A stretch of 64,000 nt of DNA from a candidate division WOR-3 bacterium (GTDB taxonomy: Bacteria; Hydrothermota; Tepidihabitantia; Tepidihabitantales; DTDR01). The position numbers were made by a program, and so were the translations under genes. A model generated the notes under the pieces. The model did no database searches. It was not told where the DNA came from and saw only the letters and a program-made list of their open reading frames with translations. Within the stretch, counting starts at the first letter, position 1; each line of letters begins with the position of its first letter. The DNA is taken from the NCBI GenBank assembly GCA_039801725.1, contig JBDRVE010000003.1, forward strand, positions 9,418-73,417, given 5' to 3'. Positions 35,931 through 45,808 of this stretch are shown here, in pieces.

Positions 35931-37784
35931 GTGAAAGTATTAGATTTATTTAAAGATAATCGAATCGTAGCCGCAAAATTGAAAGGTAAATTAATCGATT
36001 TAACTTCTGATATTAACGAAGAAGATAAAGATGAAATAGAGCCGGTATATTTTGATAGCGAAGAGGGAAGAAATGTATTTTGGCATTCCTCTGCCCATTT
36101 ATTAGCCCATGCGGTAAAATCTCTTTTTCCTTCGGTAAAATTAGGAATTGGACCAGCAATTGAAGATGGGTTTTATTATGATTTTTATAAAATTCCACCT
36201 TTTTCTGAAGGGGATTTTTCTTTAATCGAAGAAAAAATGAGAGAAATTGTAGAATTAGATTTACCTATTGAGCACTTGTATTTAAAGCGGGAAGAAGCAA
36301 TTAAGTATTTTAAAGAAAAAGGAGAAGATTTCAAATTAGAAATTTTAAACGAAATACCGGATGAAAAAATTTCTGTATATAAACAAGGTGATTTTATTGA
36401 TCTTTGTTTGGGACCTCATTTGCCGAGAACAGGAATGATAAAGGCTTTTAAACTTTTGAGTGTTGCCGGTGCTTATTGGAAAGGAGATGAAAGAAATCCA
36501 ATGTTATCAAGGATATACGGAGTAGCCTTTCCAACAAAGAGTGAATTAGAAGAACATTTAAAATTTTTAGAAGAAGCAAAAAAGAGAGATCATCGAAAAT
36601 TAGGAATCTCTTTAGAACTTTTTTCTTTTTTTGAAGAAGCAGGTAGTGGTTTAGTCTATTGGCTTCCAAAGGGTGCAATCTTGCGGAGAATTATTGAGAA
36701 TTATTGGATTGAAAAACACTTAGAAAAAGGTTATCAACTTGTTTATACTCCTCATATTGCTCGGGAGGAATTATGGCGAATTTCGGGTCACATCAAGTAT
36801 TACAATGAAAATATGTATTTTATTCCCCAGGAGAATGAGAACTATGTATTAAAACCGATGAACTGTCCTGGTCATATTTTAATTTATAAATCCAAAGTAA
36901 GAAGTTATCGAGATTTGCCATTAAGAATCTGTGAATTAGGAACAGTTTATCGACAAGAAAGAAGCGGCGTTTTATATGGGACTTTAAGGGTTCGAGGATT
37001 TACCCAAGATGATGCTCATATTTTTGTTACCCCTGAAATAGTGGAAGAAGAGATTGTTAATATTTTAAACTTTTCCTTAGAGATATTAAAAGATTTTGGT
37101 TTTAAGGAGTTTGATTTTGAACTTTCCTTACGGAGTTTATCGAAAAAAGAGAAATATATGGGAAGTGAAAAAGAGTGGGAAATGGCCGAAAGAGCATTAA
37201 TAAATGCTTTAAAGAAATTAAATCTTTCTTATAAAGAAGCTTATGGTGAGGCTACTTTTTATGGACCAAAGATTGATTTAAAATTACAAGGATTTATAAA
37301 GAAAGAACAAGCAACAACAATTCAATTCGATTTTAATCTTCCTAAACAATTTAAAGTAACTTTTATGGGAAAAGATGGTTATCATCATGAAACAGTAATT
37401 ATTCACCGAACTATTCTTGGCTCTTTGGAAAGGTTTTTAGGAATATTGATTGAATATTACGGTGGTGCTTTTCCTGTTTGGCTTTCACCAGTGCAAGTAG
37501 TAATAATGACAATAACTGAAAAAGAGATTCCTTATGCCAAAAATATTTATGAAAAGATAAAAAATGAAAAAATAAGGGTAGAAACTGATTTTCGTTCGGA
37601 AAAGATTAATTATAAAATTGCTGAACACGAAAGAATGAAGGTGCCTTATATGATAATTTTAGGTAAAAAAGAAGTAGAAAACAAATGTTTGAGTGTTCGG
37701 AAAAGAAAAGAAGGAGATATTGGTAGGATGGATTTAGAAGGTTTTATTAAAATGATAAAAGAAGATATTGAAAAAAGGAGGTGA
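35931..37784 (+). CDS. thrS: threonine--tRNA ligase
   Basis: 617 aa. Editing-domain HSSAHLLAHAV, class II motifs (FRQERSGVLYGTLRVRGFTQDDAHIF) and an anticodon-binding C-terminus. GTG start. Confidence 0.95.
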   Translation: MKVLDLFKDNRIVAAKLKGKLIDLTSDINEEDKDEIEPVYFDSEEGRNVFWHSSAHLLAHAVKSLFPSVKLGIGPAIEDGFYYDFYKIPPFSEGDFSLIEEKMREIVELDLPIEHLYLKREEAIKYFKEKGEDFKLEILNEIPDEKISVYKQGDFIDLCLGPHLPRTGMIKAFKLLSVAGAYWKGDERNPMLSRIYGVAFPTKSELEEHLKFLEEAKKRDHRKLGISLELFSFFEEAGSGLVYWLPKGAILRRIIENYWIEKHLEKGYQLVYTPHIAREELWRISGHIKYYNENMYFIPQENENYVLKPMNCPGHILIYKSKVRSYRDLPLRICELGTVYRQERSGVLYGTLRVRGFTQDDAHIFVTPEIVEEEIVNILNFSLEILKDFGFKEFDFELSLRSLSKKEKYMGSEKEWEMAERALINALKKLNLSYKEAYGEATFYGPKIDLKLQGFIKKEQATTIQFDFNLPKQFKVTFMGKDGYHHETVIIHRTILGSLERFLGILIEYYGGAFPVWLSPVQVVIMTITEKEIPYAKNIYEKIKNEKIRVETDFRSEKINYKIAEHERMKVPYMIILGKKEVENKCLSVRKRKEGDIGRMDLEGFIKMIKEDIEKRR

Positions 37785-37788
37785 ACTT

Positions 37789-38358
37789 ATTAGCAACAAA
37801 AACTGGCGAATAAATGAGAATATAAAAGCATGCCAAGTAAGAGTAATTGATGAGAATAAAAGAAATTTGGGAATTATGCCACTAAAAGAGGCTTTAAAAT
37901 TAGCGCGGGAAAAGAACTTAGACTTAGTAGAGGTTGTTCCAAATGCTTCGCCACCAGTTTGTTACATTGTAGATTACGGTAAATTTAAATATGAACAGCA
38001 ACAAAAAGAAAAAGAATTGAAAAAGAAGCAGTTGGCTTCAGTTCTGAAAGAAATAAGGCTTTCACCAAAAATAAATGAACATGATTATCAAACGAAATTA
38101 AATCAAATAAGAGAATTTTTAGAAGCAAAACAGAGAGTAAGGGTAACTATTGTTATGCGTGGCCGGGAATTAATCCATAAAGAACTGGGATTAAATTTGG
38201 TAGAGAAACTTATTAAAGATATTGAAGAATTTGGTTATTTAGAAAATAAACCAAAATTTTTGGGAGAAAGCGGTCATGTTATTCAGTTGACCTTTTTACC
38301 TGGTAAAAAAATTATTAAAAAAGAAGAGGAGCGAAAAGATGAAGTTAAAAACTCATAA
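37789..38358 (+). CDS. infC: translation initiation factor IF-3 (AUU start proposed)
   Basis: The ORF-track start is a TTG at 37768 with no SD. The in-frame ATT at 37789 lies 7 nt after GGAGG (37777-37781) and just after the thrS stop. The protein has the IF-3 N-domain (RINENIKACQVRVIDEN) and C-domain. Confidence 0.8.
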   Translation: MSNKNWRINENIKACQVRVIDENKRNLGIMPLKEALKLAREKNLDLVEVVPNASPPVCYIVDYGKFKYEQQQKEKELKKKQLASVLKEIRLSPKINEHDYQTKLNQIREFLEAKQRVRVTIVMRGRELIHKELGLNLVEKLIKDIEEFGYLENKPKFLGESGHVIQLTFLPGKKIIKKEEERKDEVKNS

Positions 38359-38533
38359 AGGTTTAAAAAAAAGAATAAAAGTAACCGGTACAGGAAAAAT
38401 TTTACATTGGCGAGCTGGTAAATCCCATTTACTGGCCAAAAAAACACAAAAGAGAAAAAGGCGACTATCTTTAAAAAAGGAATTTAGTAAAAAGGATGAA
38501 AAAAGAATTAAGAAATTGATTCCAGGAGTTTAA
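38339..38533 (+). CDS. rpmI: 50S ribosomal protein L35
   Basis: 64 aa, basic. MKLKTHKGLKKRIKVTGTGKI is typical of L35. GAGGAG lies upstream. Confidence 0.9.
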   Translation: MKLKTHKGLKKRIKVTGTGKILHWRAGKSHLLAKKTQKRKRRLSLKKEFSKKDEKRIKKLIPGV

Positions 38534-38545
38534 GGAGGTGAGAGT

Positions 38546-38902
38546 ATGCCAAGGGTAAAAACTGGACCTTATACCAGAAAGAGAAGAAAAAAATGGTTGA
38601 AATATGCTAAAGGTTATTGGGGTGGTAAACATCGTCTGTATAAAACAGCACGTTTACAGGTAATGAAGGCGTGGCTTTCGGCTTATCGAGAAAGAAAACG
38701 GAAGAAAAGGGTTTTTCGAAGATTATGGATTACCCGATTGAATGCAGCTTTAAGACCTTATGGAATTACCTATTCTAAATTTATTTATGGTTTAAAACTT
38801 GCTAACATTACTCTTAATCGAAAAACTCTTTCGGAATTAGCAATTAATAATCCTCAAGAATTTGAAAAAATTGTTGAATTAGTTAAAGCACAGTTAAATT
38901 GA
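38546..38902 (+). CDS. rplT: 50S ribosomal protein L20
   Basis: 118 aa, MPRVKTGPYTRKRRKK. AAGGAGGTG lies upstream. Confidence 0.95.
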   Translation: MPRVKTGPYTRKRRKKWLKYAKGYWGGKHRLYKTARLQVMKAWLSAYRERKRKKRVFRRLWITRLNAALRPYGITYSKFIYGLKLANITLNRKTLSELAINNPQEFEKIVELVKAQLN

Positions 38903-39903
38903 ACGAGGAATTAGAAAGAATTATAAAAGCTGCCGAAGAAGAACTCTCTTTAATAAAAGATTTAACTGCTTTAGAGAATTTTCGTATTAAATATTTAGGA
39001 AGAAAGGGGGAGTTAACAAATTTTTTAAGGAAAATAAAAGATTTATCTATTGAAGAAAAAAGAACCTTAGGAAAAAAAGCCAATGAATTTAAGGAATATT
39101 TAGAAAAGGTAATTGAAGAAAAAAGAGGTCTTTTAAAAGAAGAAAAAAGAGAAGTTTTTTTTGATTATACTTTACCGGGAAGGAAATTTTGGTTAGGACA
39201 TAAACATCCAATAACTCAGGTTATGGAAGAATGTATTGATATCTTTGTACGAATGGGATTTAAAGAAGAACAGGGACCGGAAATAGAGGATGAATGGCAT
39301 AATTTTACTGCCTTGAATATTCCGCCTTTACATCCGGCAAGAGATATGTTTTCCACGTTTTATCTTCCTGATGGTCGGTTATTAAGAAGCCATACTTCTC
39401 CTGTCCAAATAAGAGTAATGGAAAGAGAAAAACCACCAATAAGAATTATTGCTCCGGGACGAGTTTTTCGTCCGGATGATTTTGATGCTTCCCATTCACC
39501 TGTTTTTCATCAGATCGAAGGACTTTATGTAGATACCGACGTGACTTTTTTAGATTTAAAAGCCACCTTGGAAGAATTTTGTCATTTATTTTTTGGTAAG
39601 GAGGTAATAATAAAATTCACTCCTTCTTATTTTCCTTTTACTGAACCGAGTGCTGAAGTATCAATTTCCTGTTTGAAATGTTTAGGCAAAGGTTGTCCTC
39701 GCTGTCGGGGTAAGGGATTTTTAGAAATTTTAGGTTGTGGAATGGTTCATCCCCAAGTTTTAAAAAATGTGAATATTGATCCGGAAGTTTATAGCGGTTT
39801 TGCTTTTGGTTTAGGAGTAGAAAGACTTGCCATGATCAAGTTTCAAATAGATGATATAAGACTTTTTTATCAGAATGATCTAAGATTTTTATCTCAATTT
39901 TAA
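38899..39903 (+). CDS. pheS: phenylalanine--tRNA ligase alpha subunit
   Basis: 334 aa. Class II motifs (HPARDMFSTFY, GRVFRPD, GFAFGLGVERLAM). TTG start overlaps the rplT stop. Confidence 0.95.
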   Translation: MNEELERIIKAAEEELSLIKDLTALENFRIKYLGRKGELTNFLRKIKDLSIEEKRTLGKKANEFKEYLEKVIEEKRGLLKEEKREVFFDYTLPGRKFWLGHKHPITQVMEECIDIFVRMGFKEEQGPEIEDEWHNFTALNIPPLHPARDMFSTFYLPDGRLLRSHTSPVQIRVMEREKPPIRIIAPGRVFRPDDFDASHSPVFHQIEGLYVDTDVTFLDLKATLEEFCHLFFGKEVIIKFTPSYFPFTEPSAEVSISCLKCLGKGCPRCRGKGFLEILGCGMVHPQVLKNVNIDPEVYSGFAFGLGVERLAMIKFQIDDIRLFYQNDLRFLSQF

Positions 39904-40778
39904 AAACCATAAACTGTTTTCTTAATGAATTGAGAATCTTTTCGCCAATTTTCTTTTACTCTTACCCAAAGTTCTAAATAAATTTCTTTACCTAAAAAAG
40001 CCTCAATTCTTTTTCGTGCCATTTCTCCCAATTTTTTCAATGCCTTACCTTCTTTGCCGATAATAATCTTTTTTTGAGAAAGTTTTTCGACATAAATAGT
40101 TGCCCGAATATAATCTTTTCCACTTTCTCTTTCTTTAAATTCTTCTACTTCCACAGTAGTACAATAGGGAATTTCTTCACCGTAAAGATTAAAAATTGCT
40201 TCTCTAATAAACTCCGCTACGAAAAATCGTTCATTCTTCTCGCTAATTATATCAGTTTCGTAATAAGGTTCCCCATCTTTTAAATACTTGACGATCCCTT
40301 CCTTTAATTCTTCAATGCCAACATTTTTTAGGGCTGAAATAGGGTAAATTTCCGAAAATCCCATTTGATTATAAGTTTCTATTAATGGTAAAATTAAATC
40401 TTTTTTAACCAAATCTACTTTATTTATTGCTACCAAACAAGGTTTTTCTTTTTCTTTTATTTTTTTTATTATTTCGTTTTCTAAATCATCGGGGGGACCA
40501 AAAGGTTCACAAACAAAAAGGGTAACATCTGAGGATTCTAGACTTTCATCAATCTCTTTTGTCATGAATTCATGCAATAGATATTTGGGTTTTAGAAGTC
40601 CGGGAGTATCCAAAAAAATAATCTGATAATCTTTTTCGGAGAGAATTCCTAAAATTTTATGACGAGTTGTTTGTGGTTTAGGCGAAACAATAGATAGAGG
40701 GGTATTTAATAAGCGATTTAAAAGTAAAGATTTTCCTACATTTGGTTTTCCAAAAATTCCACAGTAGCCAACTTTCAT
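39900..40778 (-). CDS. era: GTPase Era
   Basis: 292 aa. G1 GKPNVGKS, G3 DTPG, G4 NKVD and a C-terminal KH domain. Confidence 0.9.
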   Translation of the reverse strand: MKVGYCGIFGKPNVGKSLLLNRLLNTPLSIVSPKPQTTRHKILGILSEKDYQIIFLDTPGLLKPKYLLHEFMTKEIDESLESSDVTLFVCEPFGPPDDLENEIIKKIKEKEKPCLVAINKVDLVKKDLILPLIETYNQMGFSEIYPISALKNVGIEELKEGIVKYLKDGEPYYETDIISEKNERFFVAEFIREAIFNLYGEEIPYCTTVEVEEFKERESGKDYIRATIYVEKLSQKKIIIGKEGKALKKLGEMARKRIEAFLGKEIYLELWVRVKENWRKDSQFIKKTVYGF

Positions 40779-41701
40779 ATGCCCATCCTTCTAAATTTTT
40801 CAATTCTTTTATTTAAGATTTCTTCTTTTGATAATTTTATAAGTTCTCTTAAATTTCTTAAAATTGCTTCTTTTAAAATTGCCGCTGCTTCTTCCCAATT
40901 TTGGTGGGCACCTCCGAGAGGTTCTTTAACAATTTCGTCAATAATTCCAAATTTTAATAAATCTTGGGCAGTTAATTTAAGCATTTCAGCAGCTTTTTCT
41001 GCTTTTGAACCATCTCGCCATAAGATAGAAGCACAGCCCTCAGGAGAGATGACTGAATAAATAGCATTTTCCATCATTAGTACCCGATTGCCAATCGCAA
41101 TTGCTAGAGCACCTCCGGAACCGCCTTCGCCAATTACTACCACAACAATAGGAACAGTTAATAGTGACATTTCTTTGATTGTTTCTGCGATCGCTTGTGC
41201 CTGGCCTCTTTCTTCGGCACCAATTCCTGGAAAGGCACCGGGAGTGTCAATAAAACTAATTATGGGTAAATTGTATTTCTCGCCAAGTTTCATTATTCTT
41301 AATGCCTTTCGATAACCTTCAGGATGAGGCATCCCAAAATTTCTTTTCAATTTCTCTTTTGTATCCCTTCCTTTTTGATGACCAACAATTACACAACCAA
41401 TATCTTCAATCTTTCCTAATCCACCAACAATTGCTAAATCATCACCAAATCTTCTATCGCCATGAAGTTCAATAAAATCTTCGGTAATTCTTTCAATATA
41501 ATCTAAGGTGTAAGGTCTTTGCGGATGTCTTGCTAGTAATACCTTTTGCCAAGGAGTAATTTTTTCAAAAATTTTTTTCTTAACTTTTATTAAGGCATTT
41601 TCTAACTTTTTTATCTTATCTTCATTGCCATTTTTTTTTGCCTCTTCAATTTTTTCTATTAATTTCGCAATCGGTTTTTCAAAATCTAGATACTCTTTCA
41701 T
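40775..41701 (-). CDS. accA: acetyl-CoA carboxylase carboxyltransferase alpha subunit
   Basis: 308 aa. Motifs [30 protein letters not shown] and [10 protein letters not shown]. Confidence 0.9.
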   Translation of the reverse strand: MKEYLDFEKPIAKLIEKIEEAKKNGNEDKIKKLENALIKVKKKIFEKITPWQKVLLARHPQRPYTLDYIERITEDFIELHGDRRFGDDLAIVGGLGKIEDIGCVIVGHQKGRDTKEKLKRNFGMPHPEGYRKALRIMKLGEKYNLPIISFIDTPGAFPGIGAEERGQAQAIAETIKEMSLLTVPIVVVVIGEGGSGGALAIAIGNRVLMMENAIYSVISPEGCASILWRDGSKAEKAAEMLKLTAQDLLKFGIIDEIVKEPLGGAHQNWEEAAAILKEAILRNLRELIKLSKEEILNKRIEKFRRMGI

Positions 41702-42546
41702 TTTATTTTTCCAAAACTTATTCCTAAATGATGGGAAGAAGATAAAGATTTTAAAATTCGGTAGGCATATGATATTTTTAAAATATTTCTTTTTAAAGGA
41801 TTTATGGAAAAGCCGACATTAAAAATTCTATTATAAAAATTATAACCAGTTTTTAAATCAATTATTGGATTGGGTTTCAATTCTAAACCCAACTTTAAAT
41901 AATTCTTTTTTTCTCTTAAATCTCGGCTAAATTCTAAGTAATTTTTTAAAAAATCTATTGGTGAAAGTTTTAAAGTTAAATTTAAATTATTTGGTGGATA
42001 GAAATTTTGGGAGATATAGTGTAAGGGCAAAGAAAGATTAGTAAAACTTATAGAACCTGTTAGATATTTAATTGGTGAATAATCAATTCCGAAATCAAAG
42101 CCAAAGGAATAATCAGAATAAATATACAAAGTTGAATAATAAAATTTTAAAGAGAAACCAACATTAAAATTTTTTAAGAGTTTTTTAATTATAGAAAAAG
42201 AAAGAACATAGTCTTCGGCTGAATAATAACCCCAAAAATCAGTAGGATATTTTCCTCTTCTTTCAATTTCGCCATATTTAAAATTTACAATTTCTAACCC
42301 GTAATTAATTAAATTTGTTTCTCTTAAAAGAAGGAGAGAAATTTGAGAAGTGGATAGAGGATAAGAACTGTAATTTATTTCTACTAAAAAATTTTTATAA
42401 TTGGCATACTTGGCAGGATTATGAGCAAGGGAACCAAGAGAGATTTCTTCTAAAGTAGTACCGTTGTTTAAAAAATTAAAAGCAAAAAGGAAATTTAATA
42501 ATAAAAAATTAAACTTCAATGATTTCCACATTTGCCCGTGGTACAA
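41698..42546 (-). CDS. hypothetical outer-membrane beta-barrel protein (possibly PorV/PorQ-like)
   Basis: Signal-like N-terminus (the real start may be the M at 42531). Alternating aromatic/polar beta-strand pattern with Y/F/N/S-rich composition. The family assignment is a guess. Confidence 0.4.
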   Translation of the reverse strand: MYHGQMWKSLKFNFLLLNFLFAFNFLNNGTTLEEISLGSLAHNPAKYANYKNFLVEINYSSYPLSTSQISLLLLRETNLINYGLEIVNFKYGEIERRGKYPTDFWGYYSAEDYVLSFSIIKKLLKNFNVGFSLKFYYSTLYIYSDYSFGFDFGIDYSPIKYLTGSISFTNLSLPLHYISQNFYPPNNLNLTLKLSPIDFLKNYLEFSRDLREKKNYLKLGLELKPNPIIDLKTGYNFYNRIFNVGFSINPLKRNILKISYAYRILKSLSSSHHLGISFGKIK

Positions 42547-43639
42547 TTATTCTTCTTTTATCTTCTAATTCTACTTCCACAACTCTTACGTAAGATTCTG
42601 TTTCAATCTTCTGTAATTCTACTGGTAGAGAAACTACCTTGCCAATCATTCCAAAATAAGGTTCACGGATGATTCTTACCGGAGTTCCAATTTCTAACCC
42701 TTGAGAATATTTAAAAGAATCTTCCATTTGTTTTTTGTTAAAACTATCTCGTTGGGTAACAATTATCTCCGGTCGAATTACACCTGCACGAATTTGGGTA
42801 GCACCGTTCATTGAGGCAATTTTCCTCTCTAAAGATTTCAATAAAGAAAAAGTTTTTTCTGCCATTTTCATTCGACCAAAACCTTCGGTAATTATTAAAG
42901 TCAAATTACAATTTTCTTGCCCGGTAATGGCAACACCAATATCGTAACCGAGAAAATTCTTTATTGTTTCGTCTTCAATTCCACCTACAACAATTCCTCT
43001 CACACCAACCTCTCTTGCTTTTTTTAACGCCTCTAAAGTTACCAAAGAGCCTCCAACTACAATTTCCCCTTTACAATTTTCGTCAATCTCTTTTTCCGTC
43101 AAAACATCCTCCGGTTTAGAAACTACTACTTTTAAAATTCCTCGTGTTTCTCCACCAATACCAAAAATCCCTTGCACTAAACTAGCATAAGTTTCAATTA
43201 TTACACCTTCGTTTTGGATGATCTCTTTCACTATACCATCAATATAAGCACTAACTTGGACAGGCTGTGGTGGTTCACGGATAATAACTTGCCCAGTGAT
43301 TTCTGAAATATTTTCAATCTTTCCTTTAACCGGACTTCTCACATAAGATTTAAAGAGACCAAAGAAACTTTTAGTATAGGCAATAACTTCATCCTTCTCA
43401 ACTTCATCGCCTTCCTTCTTTATCATTACTTCCCTTATATCCTCTGGTGGAATATTTAGCAGACCAGCAACATTAACCGTTTGGACATTACCGGGAAGAT
43501 AAGTTTTCGCAACAATATCCTCACCTTTAACTTCCTCACCAATTTTAACCAAAATCTCACCTGGTAAAGGAAGCCTTCTTTCCTTTCTAATTAAAGTAAA
43601 ATCAGTTACTTTCAATCCAGGAATATATGCATGCGCCAT
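42509..43639 (-). CDS. conserved-looking hypothetical protein with N-terminal barrel-sandwich-hybrid-like segment
   Basis: 376 aa with non-low-complexity composition. GEILVKIGEEVKGEDIVAKT resembles lipoyl/RnfC-type hybrid barrels. C-terminus is KOW-like (GMIGKVVSLP). I could not place the family. Confidence 0.55.
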   Translation of the reverse strand: MAHAYIPGLKVTDFTLIRKERRLPLPGEILVKIGEEVKGEDIVAKTYLPGNVQTVNVAGLLNIPPEDIREVMIKKEGDEVEKDEVIAYTKSFFGLFKSYVRSPVKGKIENISEITGQVIIREPPQPVQVSAYIDGIVKEIIQNEGVIIETYASLVQGIFGIGGETRGILKVVVSKPEDVLTEKEIDENCKGEIVVGGSLVTLEALKKAREVGVRGIVVGGIEDETIKNFLGYDIGVAITGQENCNLTLIITEGFGRMKMAEKTFSLLKSLERKIASMNGATQIRAGVIRPEIIVTQRDSFNKKQMEDSFKYSQGLEIGTPVRIIREPYFGMIGKVVSLPVELQKIETESYVRVVEVELEDKRRIIVPRANVEIIEV

Positions 43640-43645
43640 ATAATA

Positions 43646-43673
43646 AAAATAATAAAATTTCCTAAAAAGTCAA
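43646..43673 (-). promoter_or_regulatory. sigma70-type promoter of the 376-aa gene / OMP / accA / era operon
   Basis: Minus strand TTGACT (43673-43668), N16, TATTTT (43651-43646), then 6 nt to the ATG at 43639. A second TTGACA-N16/17-TATATT lies about 35 nt further upstream. Confidence 0.45.
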
Positions 43674-44051
43674 TCTAAAAAGAAATATATAAAAAAATTA
43701 ATATTTGTCAAGATTAAATTATAAAAGAGAAAAAAATTTGCATTCTATGCAAAAATTTTAAAGCAGAAAAATTTTCTAAGCCATTTATATTCCAAATACT
43801 TATCTAAAATTTGTAATAAAGATAGGGAACGTCTCTCCCATATCTTTTATATTCGTCTTAAATCCCATATTAATCCTTGTCTTATTAACTATTTTAGTAA
43901 TAACTTTATAAGATGTATTAGTATTATTCTTATGAAGTATTTTATCAAAAGCCTTAATAAGTATTTTAGTATGGATTCTCATAAGTGTCTTAATGTTAGT
44001 TTACCCAAGTGTGCCAGGGGTAGTAATATAAGGAGAATGGGTTAATTTATA

Positions 44052-44834
44052 TTAGATAATTTGGTCAATATAATTAAAGGTATTTTGAATCTGCTGTTGT
44101 AATTGTCCATAAAATCTCTGTTTCCAAGCATTTTTGGGAGAGGGGTTAGGTATAAAAATCACATCTATCTGTTTTTGAAATGTGGATATATTAAGATGAC
44201 ACTTAATAATCAAATCATTTTTGGTAGTATAAGATTGAATAATTTTATTTATATTAGGTTCAGGAGAACCAAAAAAACCATATAAATCTTGTGGATTTAT
44301 TAATTCTTTAAACAAATTAGTCTGAAGAATGATTATAATATCAGGTTGGAAATAAATTATTTCATTTATAAAAAGACAAAAGCAAGCACAAAAGGAAGGC
44401 TTTGGTTTATTTCTAAAAGTTCTTTTCCAGAGATGTGTCCAATAAATTCTTTTTAAAAATTTATTAGGATTAGGTTGGGAAGGATTTGAAAAAACTCTAT
44501 AAAAAGTGTGATAAATAAATTCAAATATATTACAAGGTGTTCCATAACTTCTTTGAGAGTTATATTTAGAAGATGTATTTTGAAGCCCATGTTGTAAATG
44601 TTCGGTTATAAATTCATTGACATTATTTGCTACTCTCTTTGTATATTTAGATTTGCCGGGAAAATTATAAGGACTTTCGGAAATTAGCATTATTTTCTTT
44701 TTATTATTAGTAACGATGGGAAATTGAAAAATTAAAGCAGGAACATTTGGGTTATAACAAGGATTATTGCAAGGACAAGTATTGGGATTATTTTGACATT
44801 GATTTAATAATTGAATAGTGTAATTACTTATCAT
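44052..44834 (-). CDS. divergent uracil-DNA glycosylase superfamily-like protein, Cys-rich N-terminus
   Basis: 260 aa. KKIMLISESPYNFPGK aligns by eye with UDG motif A (GQDPY/GEAPG position). IDVIFIPNPSPKNA aligns with motif B (HPSP). PDIIIILQTN matches the central strand. N-terminal CX7CXCX3C cluster. Overlaps purM by 4 nt. Confidence 0.45.
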   Translation of the reverse strand: MISNYTIQLLNQCQNNPNTCPCNNPCYNPNVPALIFQFPIVTNNKKKIMLISESPYNFPGKSKYTKRVANNVNEFITEHLQHGLQNTSSKYNSQRSYGTPCNIFEFIYHTFYRVFSNPSQPNPNKFLKRIYWTHLWKRTFRNKPKPSFCACFCLFINEIIYFQPDIIIILQTNLFKELINPQDLYGFFGSPEPNINKIIQSYTTKNDLIIKCHLNISTFQKQIDVIFIPNPSPKNAWKQRFYGQLQQQIQNTFNYIDQII

Positions 44835-45808
44835 ACAATTTTAACTCCAAAATTACCCTTTATAACTTTACCAATAATTTTTGCTTCTTTTATTTTTCTT
44901 AAAATCTTGCTATCTTTTTCAACAATTAAAACTATGCCCATTCCCATATTAAAAACTTTATACATTTCCTCTTCGGGAATATTTCCATATTTTTGGATAA
45001 TTTTAAATATCTTAGGAACTTCCCAAGTTTTTTTGTAAATTATGCAGGAAAGACCTTTTGGTAAAATCCTTTTTATGTTTTCATAAAATCCACCACCAGT
45101 AATATGGGCAATTCCTTTTATTTCTTTTAAATATGGAAAGATTTCGTTTAAATAACTTTTATGAGGAATTAATAATTCATCTCCCAGTGTTCTTTTTAAG
45201 CCTTTTATTTTTATATTAAATTTTTTAAATATTTTTCTAACTAACGAATAACCATTGGTATGAAGTCCGGAAGAGGGGAGACCTACAATTATGTCCTCTT
45301 CTTCTATTTTTCTGCCATCAATAATTTCTTCTTTTTCACAAACACCAATAATAAAACCAACTAAATCGTAGACACCTTTTGGATAGAAGTCAGGCATCTG
45401 GGCAAGTTCGCCGCCTACTAAGGCGATATTGTTATATTTACAAGCTCTTTTTATTCCAGTTATTACTTCTTTAACAACTTCTTCTTCAATCTTGCTAAAA
45501 GCAATGTAATCTAAGAAAAATAAGGGTTTGGCACCAATTGTTAGAATATCGTTGACACAGTGATTAACGATATCTTCACCAATTCCTTTATGTTTATTCA
45601 TTTGGCAAGCAATCAAAATTTTCGTACCTACTCCATCAACACTAGCAACCAGGACTGGATTTTTATAACCTTTTAATTCAAAAAGGGAACCAAAAAGACC
45701 GATATCTGATAATACCAGAGGAGTTTTTGTTTCTTTAGCTTCCTTTTTTATAAATTTTTTGATAAGGGATAGTCTATCGATATCAACGCCAGCTTCTTTA
45801 TATAACAT
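44831..45808 (-). CDS. purM: phosphoribosylformylglycinamidine cyclo-ligase (AIR synthetase)
   Basis: 325 aa. Motifs YKEAGVDID, DGVGTK, DYIA and GLHTNGYSL. Confidence 0.93.
   Translation of the reverse strand: MLYKEAGVDIDRLSLIKKFIKKEAKETKTPLVLSDIGLFGSLFELKGYKNPVLVASVDGVGTKILIACQMNKHKGIGEDIVNHCVNDILTIGAKPLFFLDYIAFSKIEEEVVKEVITGIKRACKYNNIALVGGELAQMPDFYPKGVYDLVGFIIGVCEKEEIIDGRKIEEEDIIVGLPSSGLHTNGYSLVRKIFKKFNIKIKGLKRTLGDELLIPHKSYLNEIFPYLKEIKGIAHITGGGFYENIKRILPKGLSCIIYKKTWEVPKIFKIIQKYGNIPEEEMYKVFNMGMGIVLIVEKDSKILRKIKEAKIIGKVIKGNFGVKIV

Noticed and set aside
42509-43639. Biotin carboxyl carrier protein next to accA (MKM tripeptide)
   Set aside because: The tripeptide is in GFGRMKMAEK within a Rossmann-like region, not in the EAMKM hairpin of a C-terminal biotinyl domain. 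The protein is far larger than BCCP.
43800-43982. 60-aa minus-strand ORF between the UDG-like gene and the 376-aa gene
   Set aside because: No ribosome-binding site or leaderless promoter geometry, and N/K/T-rich low-information sequence. Kept only as a note under the UDG-like finding.
44005-44025. Sigma-54 promoter (CTGGCAC on the minus strand)
   Set aside because: Only the -24 element matches. The -12 position reads GGGTA instead of TTGC.
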